64,000 nucleotides of DNA from Methylotenera sp. (GTDB taxonomy: Bacteria > Pseudomonadota > Gammaproteobacteria > Burkholderiales > Methylophilaceae), in contig DATHWQ010000032.1 of assembly GCA_035460465.1 (NCBI GenBank), positions 33,427 through 97,426 of the forward strand, in the 5' to 3' direction. Of this stretch, positions 51,841 through 60,230 are shown piece by piece. The first letter of the stretch is position 1. Every line of letters starts with the position of its first letter. A program made the translations under genes and the position numbers. The notes under the pieces were generated by a model. That model searched no databases. It was not told the origin of the DNA and saw only the letters and a list, made by a program, of their open reading frames with translations.

Positions 51841-52134
51841 TTTGTCATTACTTACAACCATGTAATTGGCAAAGTTAGTAATGTAGTCACTTAAGTTTTC
51901 ATCAAGCATTTTGCGATACTCATTCACAAAATACTCTATTGTTTCAGCTTTTGCAGAGGTCATTTCTTCTGAGTTAGTAAAACCAGAAGCACTTACCCAA
52001 GCATTAAATCTAGCAACAGAGTACATCATAGATGCACTAACCTTACCGCGACTAATATCAGCCAGCTGTTCATTTGATAGGTGAATATGAGCGTCTGCTC
52101 TTTCGTAAAATTTATCGTCAACTTCTTCTGCCAT
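51835..52134 (-). CDS. Gene cassette 1: DUF3144 family protein
   Basis: DDKFYERADAHIHLSNEQ...GKVSASMMYSVARFNAW; preceded by core GTTAGGT, with its stop inside ACCTAAC. Confidence 0.85.
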   Translation of the reverse strand: MAEEVDDKFYERADAHIHLSNEQLADISRGKVSASMMYSVARFNAWVSASGFTNSEEMTSAKAETIEYFVNEYRKMLDENLSDYITNFANYMVVSNDKT

Positions 52135-52135
52135 T

Positions 52136-52275
52136 TTAAAACCTAACAGTAATTATAGAGACCCATGGGTCTCTTATTAATAAATAGATGATTGAGATGC
52201 ATGGCTGGAATCCCTTGTCCTTTCTTGCTTTTATTGTTTCTGTGTCTCTATATTCAATTATTAAATATAGAGACC
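52136..52275. other. Cassette attachment region: dif/attI-like site with four AGAGAC arms
   Basis: Minus strand GGTCTCTATAA-TTACTG-TTAGGTTTTAA; palindrome AGAGACCCATGGGTCTCT (52157-52174); inverted repeat GTCTCTATATT/AATATAGAGAC (52244-52274). Confidence 0.5.
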
Positions 52276-52434
52276 GGGTGTCCGTGCAAAAACATTCTAG
52301 ACGAAGTTGCTTTAAATAGGAAATTGGTGATTATTGAATGATCCCTTTGTGCCGCTTATCGTCAACTCTCAATAAGCAGAACTAACTCTCCCCCTAGATA
52401 TTCCAACACATATATTGATTAAGAAAATCATTGT

Positions 52435-52479
52435 TATGTTTGCTATCGAACAGACTGCTCATGCGCGGTAATTTAGTAT
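52435..52479 (+). promoter_or_regulatory. Putative CRP/FNR-like activator box plus -10 element
   Basis: TA-TGTTTG-CTAT-CGAACA-GAC (core 52437-52452), then TAGTAT (52474-52479) 21 nt after the core. Confidence 0.7.
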
Positions 52480-52577
52480 CTAGCAGTTATGTAGATGTAG
52501 TTCAAATTTCGCTGGCTTGTTGGGGCGTATAGCTAGTGATCATAGATTTGATGTCTCGCCCAGTTAGGAGTAATCAA

Positions 52578-52904
52578 ATGTATAGGATGCTAATTGTTAT
52601 ACCATTTACAGCTCTTCTGCTAAGCGCGTGCATCGTAGCGCCCCCGGACAGAGTGGTTGTGGCACCGGCACTGCCAGTGATTGTGGAATTTGACACAGAG
52701 CCATATTACTATCAACAAGGATATTACTATTATTACCACGATAACTACTGGCGCTACTCACAATCAAGATCAGGGCCTTGGGTAGAACTTCCTCGGAGCC
52801 ACTATCCTAAAGAGATCCGTTACAAAGGTCGCGGCGATGGGCGTGGTAGAGACAGAGATAGGGACAGAGATCATGATCGTGACCACCGTGATCGGAGATA
52901 TTAA
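52578..52904 (+). CDS. Small Tyr-rich lipoprotein with C-terminal Arg/Asp repeats
   Basis: AGGAG RBS; lipobox LSAC; YYYQQGYYYYYH; RDRDRDRDHDRDHRDRR tail. Confidence 0.8.
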   Translation: MYRMLIVIPFTALLLSACIVAPPDRVVVAPALPVIVEFDTEPYYYQQGYYYYYHDNYWRYSQSRSGPWVELPRSHYPKEIRYKGRGDGRGRDRDRDRDHDRDHRDRRY

Positions 52905-52963
52905 TACTATCGTTTTTGCCTAACGATGCTTTAGAAATGCCAGCGCAAACTGAAGTGTAATTT

Positions 52964-53002
52964 CAACTCAGGTCAAGGTCTCTATGACTTTGATCTGAGT
53001 TG
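52964..53002. terminator. Long hairpin, probable terminator
   Basis: CAACTCAGGTCAAGGTC-TCTAT-GACTTTGATCTGAGTTG. Confidence 0.55.
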
Positions 53003-53189
53003 GTCTTAATGCGCCCCAAAGTAGACACTGAAAATCTCATATTTTCGATGTCAGTCTAATCTTACAAAATAATCATTGGTAGTCTGACATTCATAACGAT
53101 GTATTTTTTCTATAGTGTCTAATATCTAGCTATAGCTTAGGCAATAATTGCTCGCTTGGGATATTTATTATCCAACCAGGAGATATATT

Positions 53190-53678
53190 ATGGAAACCCA
53201 CCCTATCAAATCAACATTACTCGCCTTGTGCACCCCACTGCTATTTTCAAGTAGCTTTGCATTCGCTGACCAAAGTTTTGTTGACACTAAGACTGGTCAG
53301 CCAATGAAAATTGATTCGGGGCTTTTTAATACCGAACAGTCCAAGAAATTCCTAAGCACTGGTGTAAACCCCTACAACGGTAACGCGGAAGCCATTGCCA
53401 GCGGTAAAAAGCATTATCAAACCTACTCCTGTGCTCAATGTCATGGTGCCCAAGCTCAGGGTCAAACTGCCGGTGGCCTGACAGGCCCTAGATATAATCA
53501 TTCTAAAAGCACTACGGATAAGGGAATGTTCGAAATCATCTGGGCAGGGACAAATGGCGGGATGAGTGGTAAAGGTCAAGGTGTAATGGACCCCGGTAAT
53601 CTCAGTAACGGGTTATCCCCTGATGACACCTTAAGGCTAATGGCGTGGGTCAGAAGTCAGGGCGGGACCACGAAGTAG
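53190..53678 (+). CDS. Periplasmic c-type cytochrome, cytochrome cL (MxaG/XoxG)-like
   Basis: AGGAG RBS; signal peptide; FLSTGVNPY...CAQCHG...TDKGMFEIIWAG pattern. Confidence 0.8.
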   Translation: METHPIKSTLLALCTPLLFSSSFAFADQSFVDTKTGQPMKIDSGLFNTEQSKKFLSTGVNPYNGNAEAIASGKKHYQTYSCAQCHGAQAQGQTAGGLTGPRYNHSKSTTDKGMFEIIWAGTNGGMSGKGQGVMDPGNLSNGLSPDDTLRLMAWVRSQGGTTK

Positions 53679-53699
53679 AGAAATCTAATATCTAGTCAC

Positions 53700-53729
53700 T
53701 ATAACCGGGGTGCAATTACCCCGGTTATA
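53700..53729. terminator. Bidirectional terminator
   Basis: TATAACCGGGGT...ACCCCGGTTATA between convergent genes. Confidence 0.75.
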
Positions 53730-53761
53730 TATCGCTTAAATATTACCTTCAATTAAAGTAA

Positions 53762-54673
53762 TTAATGACTTAAAAAATAGTTAGCGCTATTAACGAATGA
53801 ATCGTGATATTGAAAAATAGAACCATGGTTAGAGTCAGGATAAAGTACCAGTTGTGCATTTTTAAGTAGTTTGTACATGGTAATAGAACCTTCTGTCGCT
53901 AACATCGTGTCATTACTGCCAGTGACAACCAATACTGGCTGGCGTATAGATTTCAGCGTTTTGTGTTCAGGATCAGGCGTGCTTGTCCAGACAATCAGTG
54001 CTTTGCCGTGCGCATCTGCGATTTCTTTACCACTCTCAGGGTCACGATCTTTCGTTCTTGCATACACTCTTGCCAAAAATTCACCAGCAGCTTTTTTACC
54101 TGCATCTGTTTGAGAAAAGAATAAATAATCACGTGGATCAGGCGCATTCTCTCTTGAAAATGCTTCACCAAGTACCTTCATCAAGTTATTACCACCACCT
54201 TGATATGTAGTCCCGGCAAGAATTACTTTATGTACTAATTCAGGATATTGAGCAGCTAATTCCTGAGCAATAAAGCCGCCCATAGAAAAACCGAGTAAAT
54301 CAACTTGTTTGTACCCTAGTGCTTGAATAAATGCATAGGCATCTGTCGTCATTTGCTCAATGTTATCTGCTACTGCGCCATTCGTAGCTCCGACGCCTCT
54401 ATTGTTAAAAACAACAACGGGACGCGTTTTTGCTAAAGCATTAACAACGGCTGGATCCCAGGAATCTATGGTGCCTGTGAAGTGCTGAAGAAATACTAAT
54501 GGCGTACCAGACTTAGGTCCCATAGCACGATATGAAAATTTAACTCCATTTGCTTCGATATATTTGGTCGGCGCAGTTTCAAGAGTGTCTTGTCCAGCGC
54601 TTGCTACGCTAGCCTCAACCATCGAGAAGGTAGCGGTGATAAATAATAGTGATTTTAAAATCTTGCTCATCAT
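53762..54673 (-). CDS. Alpha/beta hydrolase
   Basis: GFSMGG nucleophile elbow, GSND and HG motifs. Confidence 0.9.
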   Translation of the reverse strand: MMSKILKSLLFITATFSMVEASVASAGQDTLETAPTKYIEANGVKFSYRAMGPKSGTPLVFLQHFTGTIDSWDPAVVNALAKTRPVVVFNNRGVGATNGAVADNIEQMTTDAYAFIQALGYKQVDLLGFSMGGFIAQELAAQYPELVHKVILAGTTYQGGGNNLMKVLGEAFSRENAPDPRDYLFFSQTDAGKKAAGEFLARVYARTKDRDPESGKEIADAHGKALIVWTSTPDPEHKTLKSIRQPVLVVTGSNDTMLATEGSITMYKLLKNAQLVLYPDSNHGSIFQYHDSFVNSANYFLSH

Positions 54674-54704
54674 AATTCCTTATTAATGTGTAAATGTGTA
54701 TTTA

Positions 54705-54776
54705 TGTACTACTAAGTACAATATATTAGGAGCAAGAAGGCATGTCAACAATTATTTGTACTTTAAAGTACAAATA
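54705..54776. promoter_or_regulatory. Two TetR operators
   Basis: TGTACTACTAAGTACA (54705-54720) and the perfect 24-bp palindrome TATTTGTACTTTAAAGTACAAATA (54753-54776), between the divergent hydrolase and TetR genes. Confidence 0.8.
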
Positions 54777-54806
54777 TATTAGACAAGGAATTAAAAACGA
54801 CATAAG

Positions 54807-55427
54807 ATGCAAGCTATGAAAACTGTAGCTCCCACAAAAACACTAGGCAGACCCAGAAAGTTCGATAAAGACCTTGCGTTAGATGCCGCCCTGCAAGTAT
54901 TTATGCAAAAGGGTTATGAAGCCACTTCGCTTACTGACATTACTGAGGCATTAGGTATTAATCGGCCAAGTGTCTATGCCGCTTTTGGAAATAAAGAAGA
55001 GTTATTCGCTCAAGCATTAGCAAAATATAACCAGGGCCCTATCGCTTATTTAAATGATGTTCTGTCAGAAAGAACAAGCAGGGATGTCGTTAAAGAAATG
55101 CTGATGAAATCTGTGGAGTTATTAACCTGCGCCGAACAACCAAGAGCATGTTTAGCAATTCAAAGTTCGATTAGTTCTGAGCTTGCAGCTGCTGGTATTC
55201 AACAAAATATTGTTGCTGGCTTACATCAAATAGAAATGAATATCAAAAATCGTTTTGATCAGGCGATTGCTGAAGGTGATTTACCTAAAGACACTGATTC
55301 ATGGTTACTTACTAAATACGTGACAACCATTCATAAGGGACTTTCAATTCAGGCTTCTAACGGAACCAGTGCGGAAGAGCTTTATGGCATTGTAGAAATC
55401 ACCCTGAAAAGCTGGCCAGGAAAATAA
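54807..55427 (+). CDS. TetR family regulator (ComR-like)
   Basis: GRPRKFD...KGYEATS...GINRPSVYAAFGNKEELF. Confidence 0.92.
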   Translation: MQAMKTVAPTKTLGRPRKFDKDLALDAALQVFMQKGYEATSLTDITEALGINRPSVYAAFGNKEELFAQALAKYNQGPIAYLNDVLSERTSRDVVKEMLMKSVELLTCAEQPRACLAIQSSISSELAAAGIQQNIVAGLHQIEMNIKNRFDQAIAEGDLPKDTDSWLLTKYVTTIHKGLSIQASNGTSAEELYGIVEITLKSWPGK

Positions 55428-55552
55428 CTTAATTTAAAGTTCTTAGTTGTTATTAACCATGAATGCTTTAACGAAACCCATAAATTGATAAAATTTAAAG
55501 GTTAGTATCTATAATTACCAACCTGTAAAACAATTTCAAACTTAGGCACCCC

Positions 55553-57334
55553 ATGGGCTCATCTGATTTTCTTGTTCAAGCCACGATATATCTTTCCTCC
55601 GCCATATTTTTAGTCCCTTTGTTTAAAAGACTGGGCTTAGGCTCAGTACTCGGTTATTTGCTGGCAGGTATATTAATTGGGCCTTATGCACTAAAGCTTA
55701 TTGCAGACCCTGTGCAAGTGCTTCACTTTGCTGAATTCGGTGTGGTGCTGATGCTTTTCCTCGTGGGCTTGGAGCTTGAATCTCAGAAGGTTTGGGAGTT
55801 GCGCAAGACCTTATTTGGATTAGGTGGCTTGCAAGTACTCAGCACGATTGGGCTAGTGACGTTTGCTGCTCACATGATGAATTTTACTTGGCCAGTAGCC
55901 ATCGTTATCGGCATGGGGGTGGCAATGTCCTCAACCGCTATTGGGCTCACTTCACTCACAGAAAAGAAACAGCTAAGCACCCCTGGCGGACAAGCCTCAT
56001 TTGCCACACTTCTTTTTCAGGATCTATCAGTCATTCCGTTATTCATGTTGCTGGCGCTTCTCGCGCCGAATAGCGCTGAATCTGGTTTTGATGTGTCGGC
56101 AGTAGCCAAAGCAATCGCTGTCATCGTAGCACTCATCTTTGCTAGTCGAATCCTGCTACGGCCGATTATGCGAATGATCGCTCAAACTGGAATACGTGAG
56201 ATTTTTGTCGCCTTTTCATTGTTATTAGTCATCAGTGTATCGCTAGCCATGCAGTCTGTTGGCTTATCCATGGCGCTCGGCACATTTCTAGCCGGCGTAC
56301 TATTGGCAGATTCAGAATATCGATATGAGCTTAGATTAGATATCGAACCAGTTAAAGGTTTGCTTTTAGGTTTATTCTTTATTGCAGTTGGCATGTCTGT
56401 AGATTTATCGTTATTAGCAAATTCGCCGTTGATGATTTTTGGTTTGGCTTTGCTCATAGTGTTGACCAAAATGGCGATTTTGATGGGTCTCGGACGGCTA
56501 TTTAAGTATTCTTTTCGCGACACTCTGCTATATGGCGTAGCACTTTCTCAAATTGGTGAGTTTGCCTTTGTAATCTTTGGCGTGGCGTTAACGCAAGATA
56601 CTATTCCGCGTGAAACCTATAATATTCTCAATGCGATTGTTGCCGTATCCATGCTCATTACACCGGTACTGTTACTGCTTTACGACAAGTTTTTAACACT
56701 GGATTGTGGTGAGCGACCAAAAGATTCAATCGAAGAAAATAATTCAGTCATCATTGCCGGGTTTGGTCGTTTCGGGCAAATTGTTGGTCGGGTATTGCTG
56801 GCGAAAGGAATCAACGCAACGCTGATAGATAATGATCCGAATCAGGTTGATCTGATGCGTGAGTTTGGCTGGCGTTGTTATTATGGCGACGCATCAAGAT
56901 TAGATTTATTAGAAGAAGCTGGAATCGCGACAGCTAAGCTATTTGTTATTTCAGTGAATGACCCTGTTGCAGCATTAGATATGGCCAAACTTGTGAAAGA
57001 ACGATGGCCTAGTGTCGCAATCGTGGTTAGAGCTAGAAGCCGGACAGATGCATTTGATTTGCGTGATATTGATCTAGACCCTATACGAGAAACATTCTAT
57101 TCGTCATTAGTCGCTGCCAAGCAGGCATTATTAGCAATTGGGGAATCGCCAAGCGCTGCAACTAAAATCATTAAGCATTTTGAGCGTCACGACTTAGAAC
57201 AACTTGAGGCAACCCGTAGTATCAGACACGACAAGACTGCTTTGCTAGGCATGGCCGAAAAAGGACGCCAGGATCTCAAAGATTTGTTTGCGCTAGAACA
57301 AGCAGAAATTGAAAATCAAAAAACTATTACTTAA
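55553..57334 (+). CDS. kefC: Glutathione-regulated K+ efflux antiporter (KefC/KefB, CPA2)
   Basis: AEFGVVLMLF, LLFQDL, GFGRFGQ (KTN) and YGDASR motifs. Confidence 0.88.
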   Translation: MGSSDFLVQATIYLSSAIFLVPLFKRLGLGSVLGYLLAGILIGPYALKLIADPVQVLHFAEFGVVLMLFLVGLELESQKVWELRKTLFGLGGLQVLSTIGLVTFAAHMMNFTWPVAIVIGMGVAMSSTAIGLTSLTEKKQLSTPGGQASFATLLFQDLSVIPLFMLLALLAPNSAESGFDVSAVAKAIAVIVALIFASRILLRPIMRMIAQTGIREIFVAFSLLLVISVSLAMQSVGLSMALGTFLAGVLLADSEYRYELRLDIEPVKGLLLGLFFIAVGMSVDLSLLANSPLMIFGLALLIVLTKMAILMGLGRLFKYSFRDTLLYGVALSQIGEFAFVIFGVALTQDTIPRETYNILNAIVAVSMLITPVLLLLYDKFLTLDCGERPKDSIEENNSVIIAGFGRFGQIVGRVLLAKGINATLIDNDPNQVDLMREFGWRCYYGDASRLDLLEEAGIATAKLFVISVNDPVAALDMAKLVKERWPSVAIVVRARSRTDAFDLRDIDLDPIRETFYSSLVAAKQALLAIGESPSAATKIIKHFERHDLEQLEATRSIRHDKTALLGMAEKGRQDLKDLFALEQAEIENQKTIT

Positions 57335-57355
57335 ATTTTTTATGGATTTATTGCA

Positions 57356-60118
57356 TCAGCTGTTAAGGAACACCTCTCGCCACAAAGCCATTACTGGCTC
57401 TACATATTGCGTCACTAGCGAAGTCTCAACCTTGTTATTGGTGATGCCCTGCAACTTGAGCATATGTTGCATTTGACGGTATTCACGATAAGCGATAACA
57501 ACCTGCTCAGCTAAATCGGCAGAGATGATTTCAAGCGAAGCAAGCAACCTTAATAAAGCGATATTACCAATATTGCCAGTAAGTTGCGGGTGCTGTTTGG
57601 CGTGAGATAAGACTAGATATTGCACTAGAAATTCGACATCGATAATGCCACCAATACTTTGCTTGATATCAAACATTCCAACCGTATGAGTTTGTGCTGC
57701 GCGCATCTTTTCACGCATATTCAACACTTCCGTTTTCAGCTCAGCACTATTTCTAGATTGAGCGAGCACCTCAACACGAATCTGCTCAAAGGTTTGACCA
57801 ATTTTAGCGTCACCCGCTACATACCTCGCTCTGGTCAGCGCCTGATGTTCCCACACCCAGGCTTTTTCTAGTTGATATGTTCTAAATGCACTCACATCGC
57901 TAACCAATAAGCCGCTATTACCATCGGGCCGCAAGGCTAAATCCGTTTCGTATAACAGTCCTGCCGAAGTCATGCTATTGAACCAATTGTTAATGCGTTG
58001 CGCAAAGCGTGCATAGATTTCAGATATGTCTTCACCAGCTGCTGGAGCGCTGTCATCGTAAAGAAAGATGATGTCTAAGTCTGAGGCGTAGCCCAATTCC
58101 CTACCACCCAGCTTGCCATAACCAATCACTGCAAATTTTGGCACTTCAATATGTTTGCCCCGTACGTTTGGCCAAATAACTTCTAGACTCACGCTTAGTA
58201 TCAAATCAGCAAGCGCGCTTAAATAATCGGACAGCGTTTCTAATGCTAACTCACCATTGATATCCTGTACGGCAAACCGAAACACACTGGCATGCTTAAA
58301 ATGGCGCATCACGTCCATTTGCCGCTCAATATCACCATCTGCTTCTGCCATACGTTTCAGTAAATCTGCACGCATCGCCGCAAAATCCGGCTCCGCATAC
58401 AAGGTACGTGTATCCAACAGCTCATCTAATAAAATAGGATGTTGGGCCAAATAGTTGGCCAACCATGGGCTGCTACTGCACAGTTTTACCAATAAATGCA
58501 TTGCTTCAGAATGCTCGGCAAGGAGCGCCAGATAGCTTGCGCGGCGGCAAATACTCTCTAATAAATCTGTGATGCGCAGCAACGTTGTTTCGGGGTTCTG
58601 CATGGTGGCAGATAACGAGAGCACATGCGGCATCAGCGCATCAAAACGCTGGCGACTTAATTCGGGCAACTTTGCATAGCGTGCACCTTGGTGCAAAGCA
58701 TTCAAACGTCGCAAGGTTTCTTGCGCATCGTCATACCCAATTCGCTGTAAGGCCGATACCGCCTCTTGCTCGATTAACTCGCCATTCCAGATAGATTTTT
58801 CAGTCTTTAGTTCATCCTGATGCAGGCCATCATCACTAAAAGTAGCGTCAAAATGCTGTTGCACCAGCTTGCGATAAATCTTTAATTGGGCGGCGCAGGC
58901 GGCCCAATCATCAAAATTCATGGCTTTGGCTATGCGCGCTTTACCTTCGTCGGCTCTTGGTAACTCCTGCGTCTGTGCGTCTTCCACGTACATCAACCTA
59001 TGCTCTAAGTTGCGAAGAAAAACATAAGCCTCCGTGAGCTCATTCACAGCTTGTTCTGGCAATAGCCCTTTGTCTTTCAATAATGCCAGCACTGTAAGCG
59101 TAGGTTTAACCTGCAAACTAGCGTCCTGCCCGCCACGAATCAATTGGAACACTTGTGCAACAAACTCTATCTCACGTATGCCGCCACGACCCAATTTGAT
59201 GTTGTCATGAATGCCTTTGCTATTTACATCACGATGAATTTGAATCTTTAAGTCACGCATGGATGCAAAAGCACCAAAATCCAGATATTTACGGAACACA
59301 AACGGTTTGAGTAATCGTGTCAGTTTGTCACTACTACCCGCAATCACGCGGCCTTTGATCCAGGCATAGCGCTCCCACTCACGGCCATTATTTTGATAGT
59401 AATCTTCCAGCGCATCCAAACTACTCACCAAGGCACCTTCACTGCCAAATGGACGTAGCCGCATATCAACGCGAAACACAAAACCATCTTCTGTAATCTC
59501 ATCAATCGCGCTGATGAGCTTCTTACTTAGGCGAGTGAAAAAATCCTGGTTACTAATGGAAGTAGCGCCATTAAATCCTGATACCGAAGTCTCGCCTTCG
59601 TCCTCATAAGCAAAAATTAAATCAATATCCGATGACACATTCAACTCGCCACCACCTAATTTACCCATGCCGACCACAATTAACGACTGTGGCTCCCCCC
59701 GTGGGTTAGTGGGTATACCGTACTGCAAATTTAACCAACCGGACAAAAACTTGATGGCAGTTTGCACAGTCACTTCTGCTAACAAAGAGATCGTCCGTAC
59801 CACCTCTTGCAAATCAGCTAAACCATTCAAATCTCTCACAATAATTCGCGCCATTACTTGGCTGCGTAAAAGACGCAAAGCACGTTTTAAACTAGCCTCG
59901 TCAATAATATTTTGTTGGCTATTTTGTTGCGATAGGAAGTTTTGCATGTCACTTAACTGATACTCTTGATGCAGTTTTTCTAGCAAATCATTCAGCAACT
60001 CAGCATCTTTTGTGAGCAATCTGGCAATAAACGGACTACATGAAACTGCGTGACGCACACAAGCCTCATCACTATGCTGGGCGCGGTTTTCTGATAGAAT
60101 CATGTCAAGTGTTAGCAT
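57356..60118 (-). CDS. glnE: Glutamine synthetase adenylyltransferase/adenylyl-removing enzyme
   Basis: MGKLGGGELNVSSDIDL, YGKLGGRELGYASDLD and RVDMRLRP motifs. Confidence 0.96.
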   Translation of the reverse strand: MLTLDMILSENRAQHSDEACVRHAVSCSPFIARLLTKDAELLNDLLEKLHQEYQLSDMQNFLSQQNSQQNIIDEASLKRALRLLRSQVMARIIVRDLNGLADLQEVVRTISLLAEVTVQTAIKFLSGWLNLQYGIPTNPRGEPQSLIVVGMGKLGGGELNVSSDIDLIFAYEDEGETSVSGFNGATSISNQDFFTRLSKKLISAIDEITEDGFVFRVDMRLRPFGSEGALVSSLDALEDYYQNNGREWERYAWIKGRVIAGSSDKLTRLLKPFVFRKYLDFGAFASMRDLKIQIHRDVNSKGIHDNIKLGRGGIREIEFVAQVFQLIRGGQDASLQVKPTLTVLALLKDKGLLPEQAVNELTEAYVFLRNLEHRLMYVEDAQTQELPRADEGKARIAKAMNFDDWAACAAQLKIYRKLVQQHFDATFSDDGLHQDELKTEKSIWNGELIEQEAVSALQRIGYDDAQETLRRLNALHQGARYAKLPELSRQRFDALMPHVLSLSATMQNPETTLLRITDLLESICRRASYLALLAEHSEAMHLLVKLCSSSPWLANYLAQHPILLDELLDTRTLYAEPDFAAMRADLLKRMAEADGDIERQMDVMRHFKHASVFRFAVQDINGELALETLSDYLSALADLILSVSLEVIWPNVRGKHIEVPKFAVIGYGKLGGRELGYASDLDIIFLYDDSAPAAGEDISEIYARFAQRINNWFNSMTSAGLLYETDLALRPDGNSGLLVSDVSAFRTYQLEKAWVWEHQALTRARYVAGDAKIGQTFEQIRVEVLAQSRNSAELKTEVLNMREKMRAAQTHTVGMFDIKQSIGGIIDVEFLVQYLVLSHAKQHPQLTGNIGNIALLRLLASLEIISADLAEQVVIAYREYRQMQHMLKLQGITNNKVETSLVTQYVEPVMALWREVFLNS

Positions 60119-60230
60119 CGATTTTTTAAGTTAGTTTTAAGGTAATATGACAGTTTAAGTGAACCAGTAAATTGACTATTTGAATAGCCAATTTAATTAT
60201 AAGTGCGTTAAGCATCATTAGGGGAGTTGC

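Noticed and set aside
53007-53030. TAATGCGCCCCAAAGTAGACACT, reminiscent of an IS3-family end
   Set aside because: No 5'-TG terminus, partner inverted repeat, target duplication or transposase remnant is visible.
54705-54776. TGTAC-N6-GTACA palindromes resembling the CRP-like box
   Set aside because: They lack the inner G/C positions, the GAS tail and a -10 at 21 nt; they are better explained as operators of the adjacent TetR.
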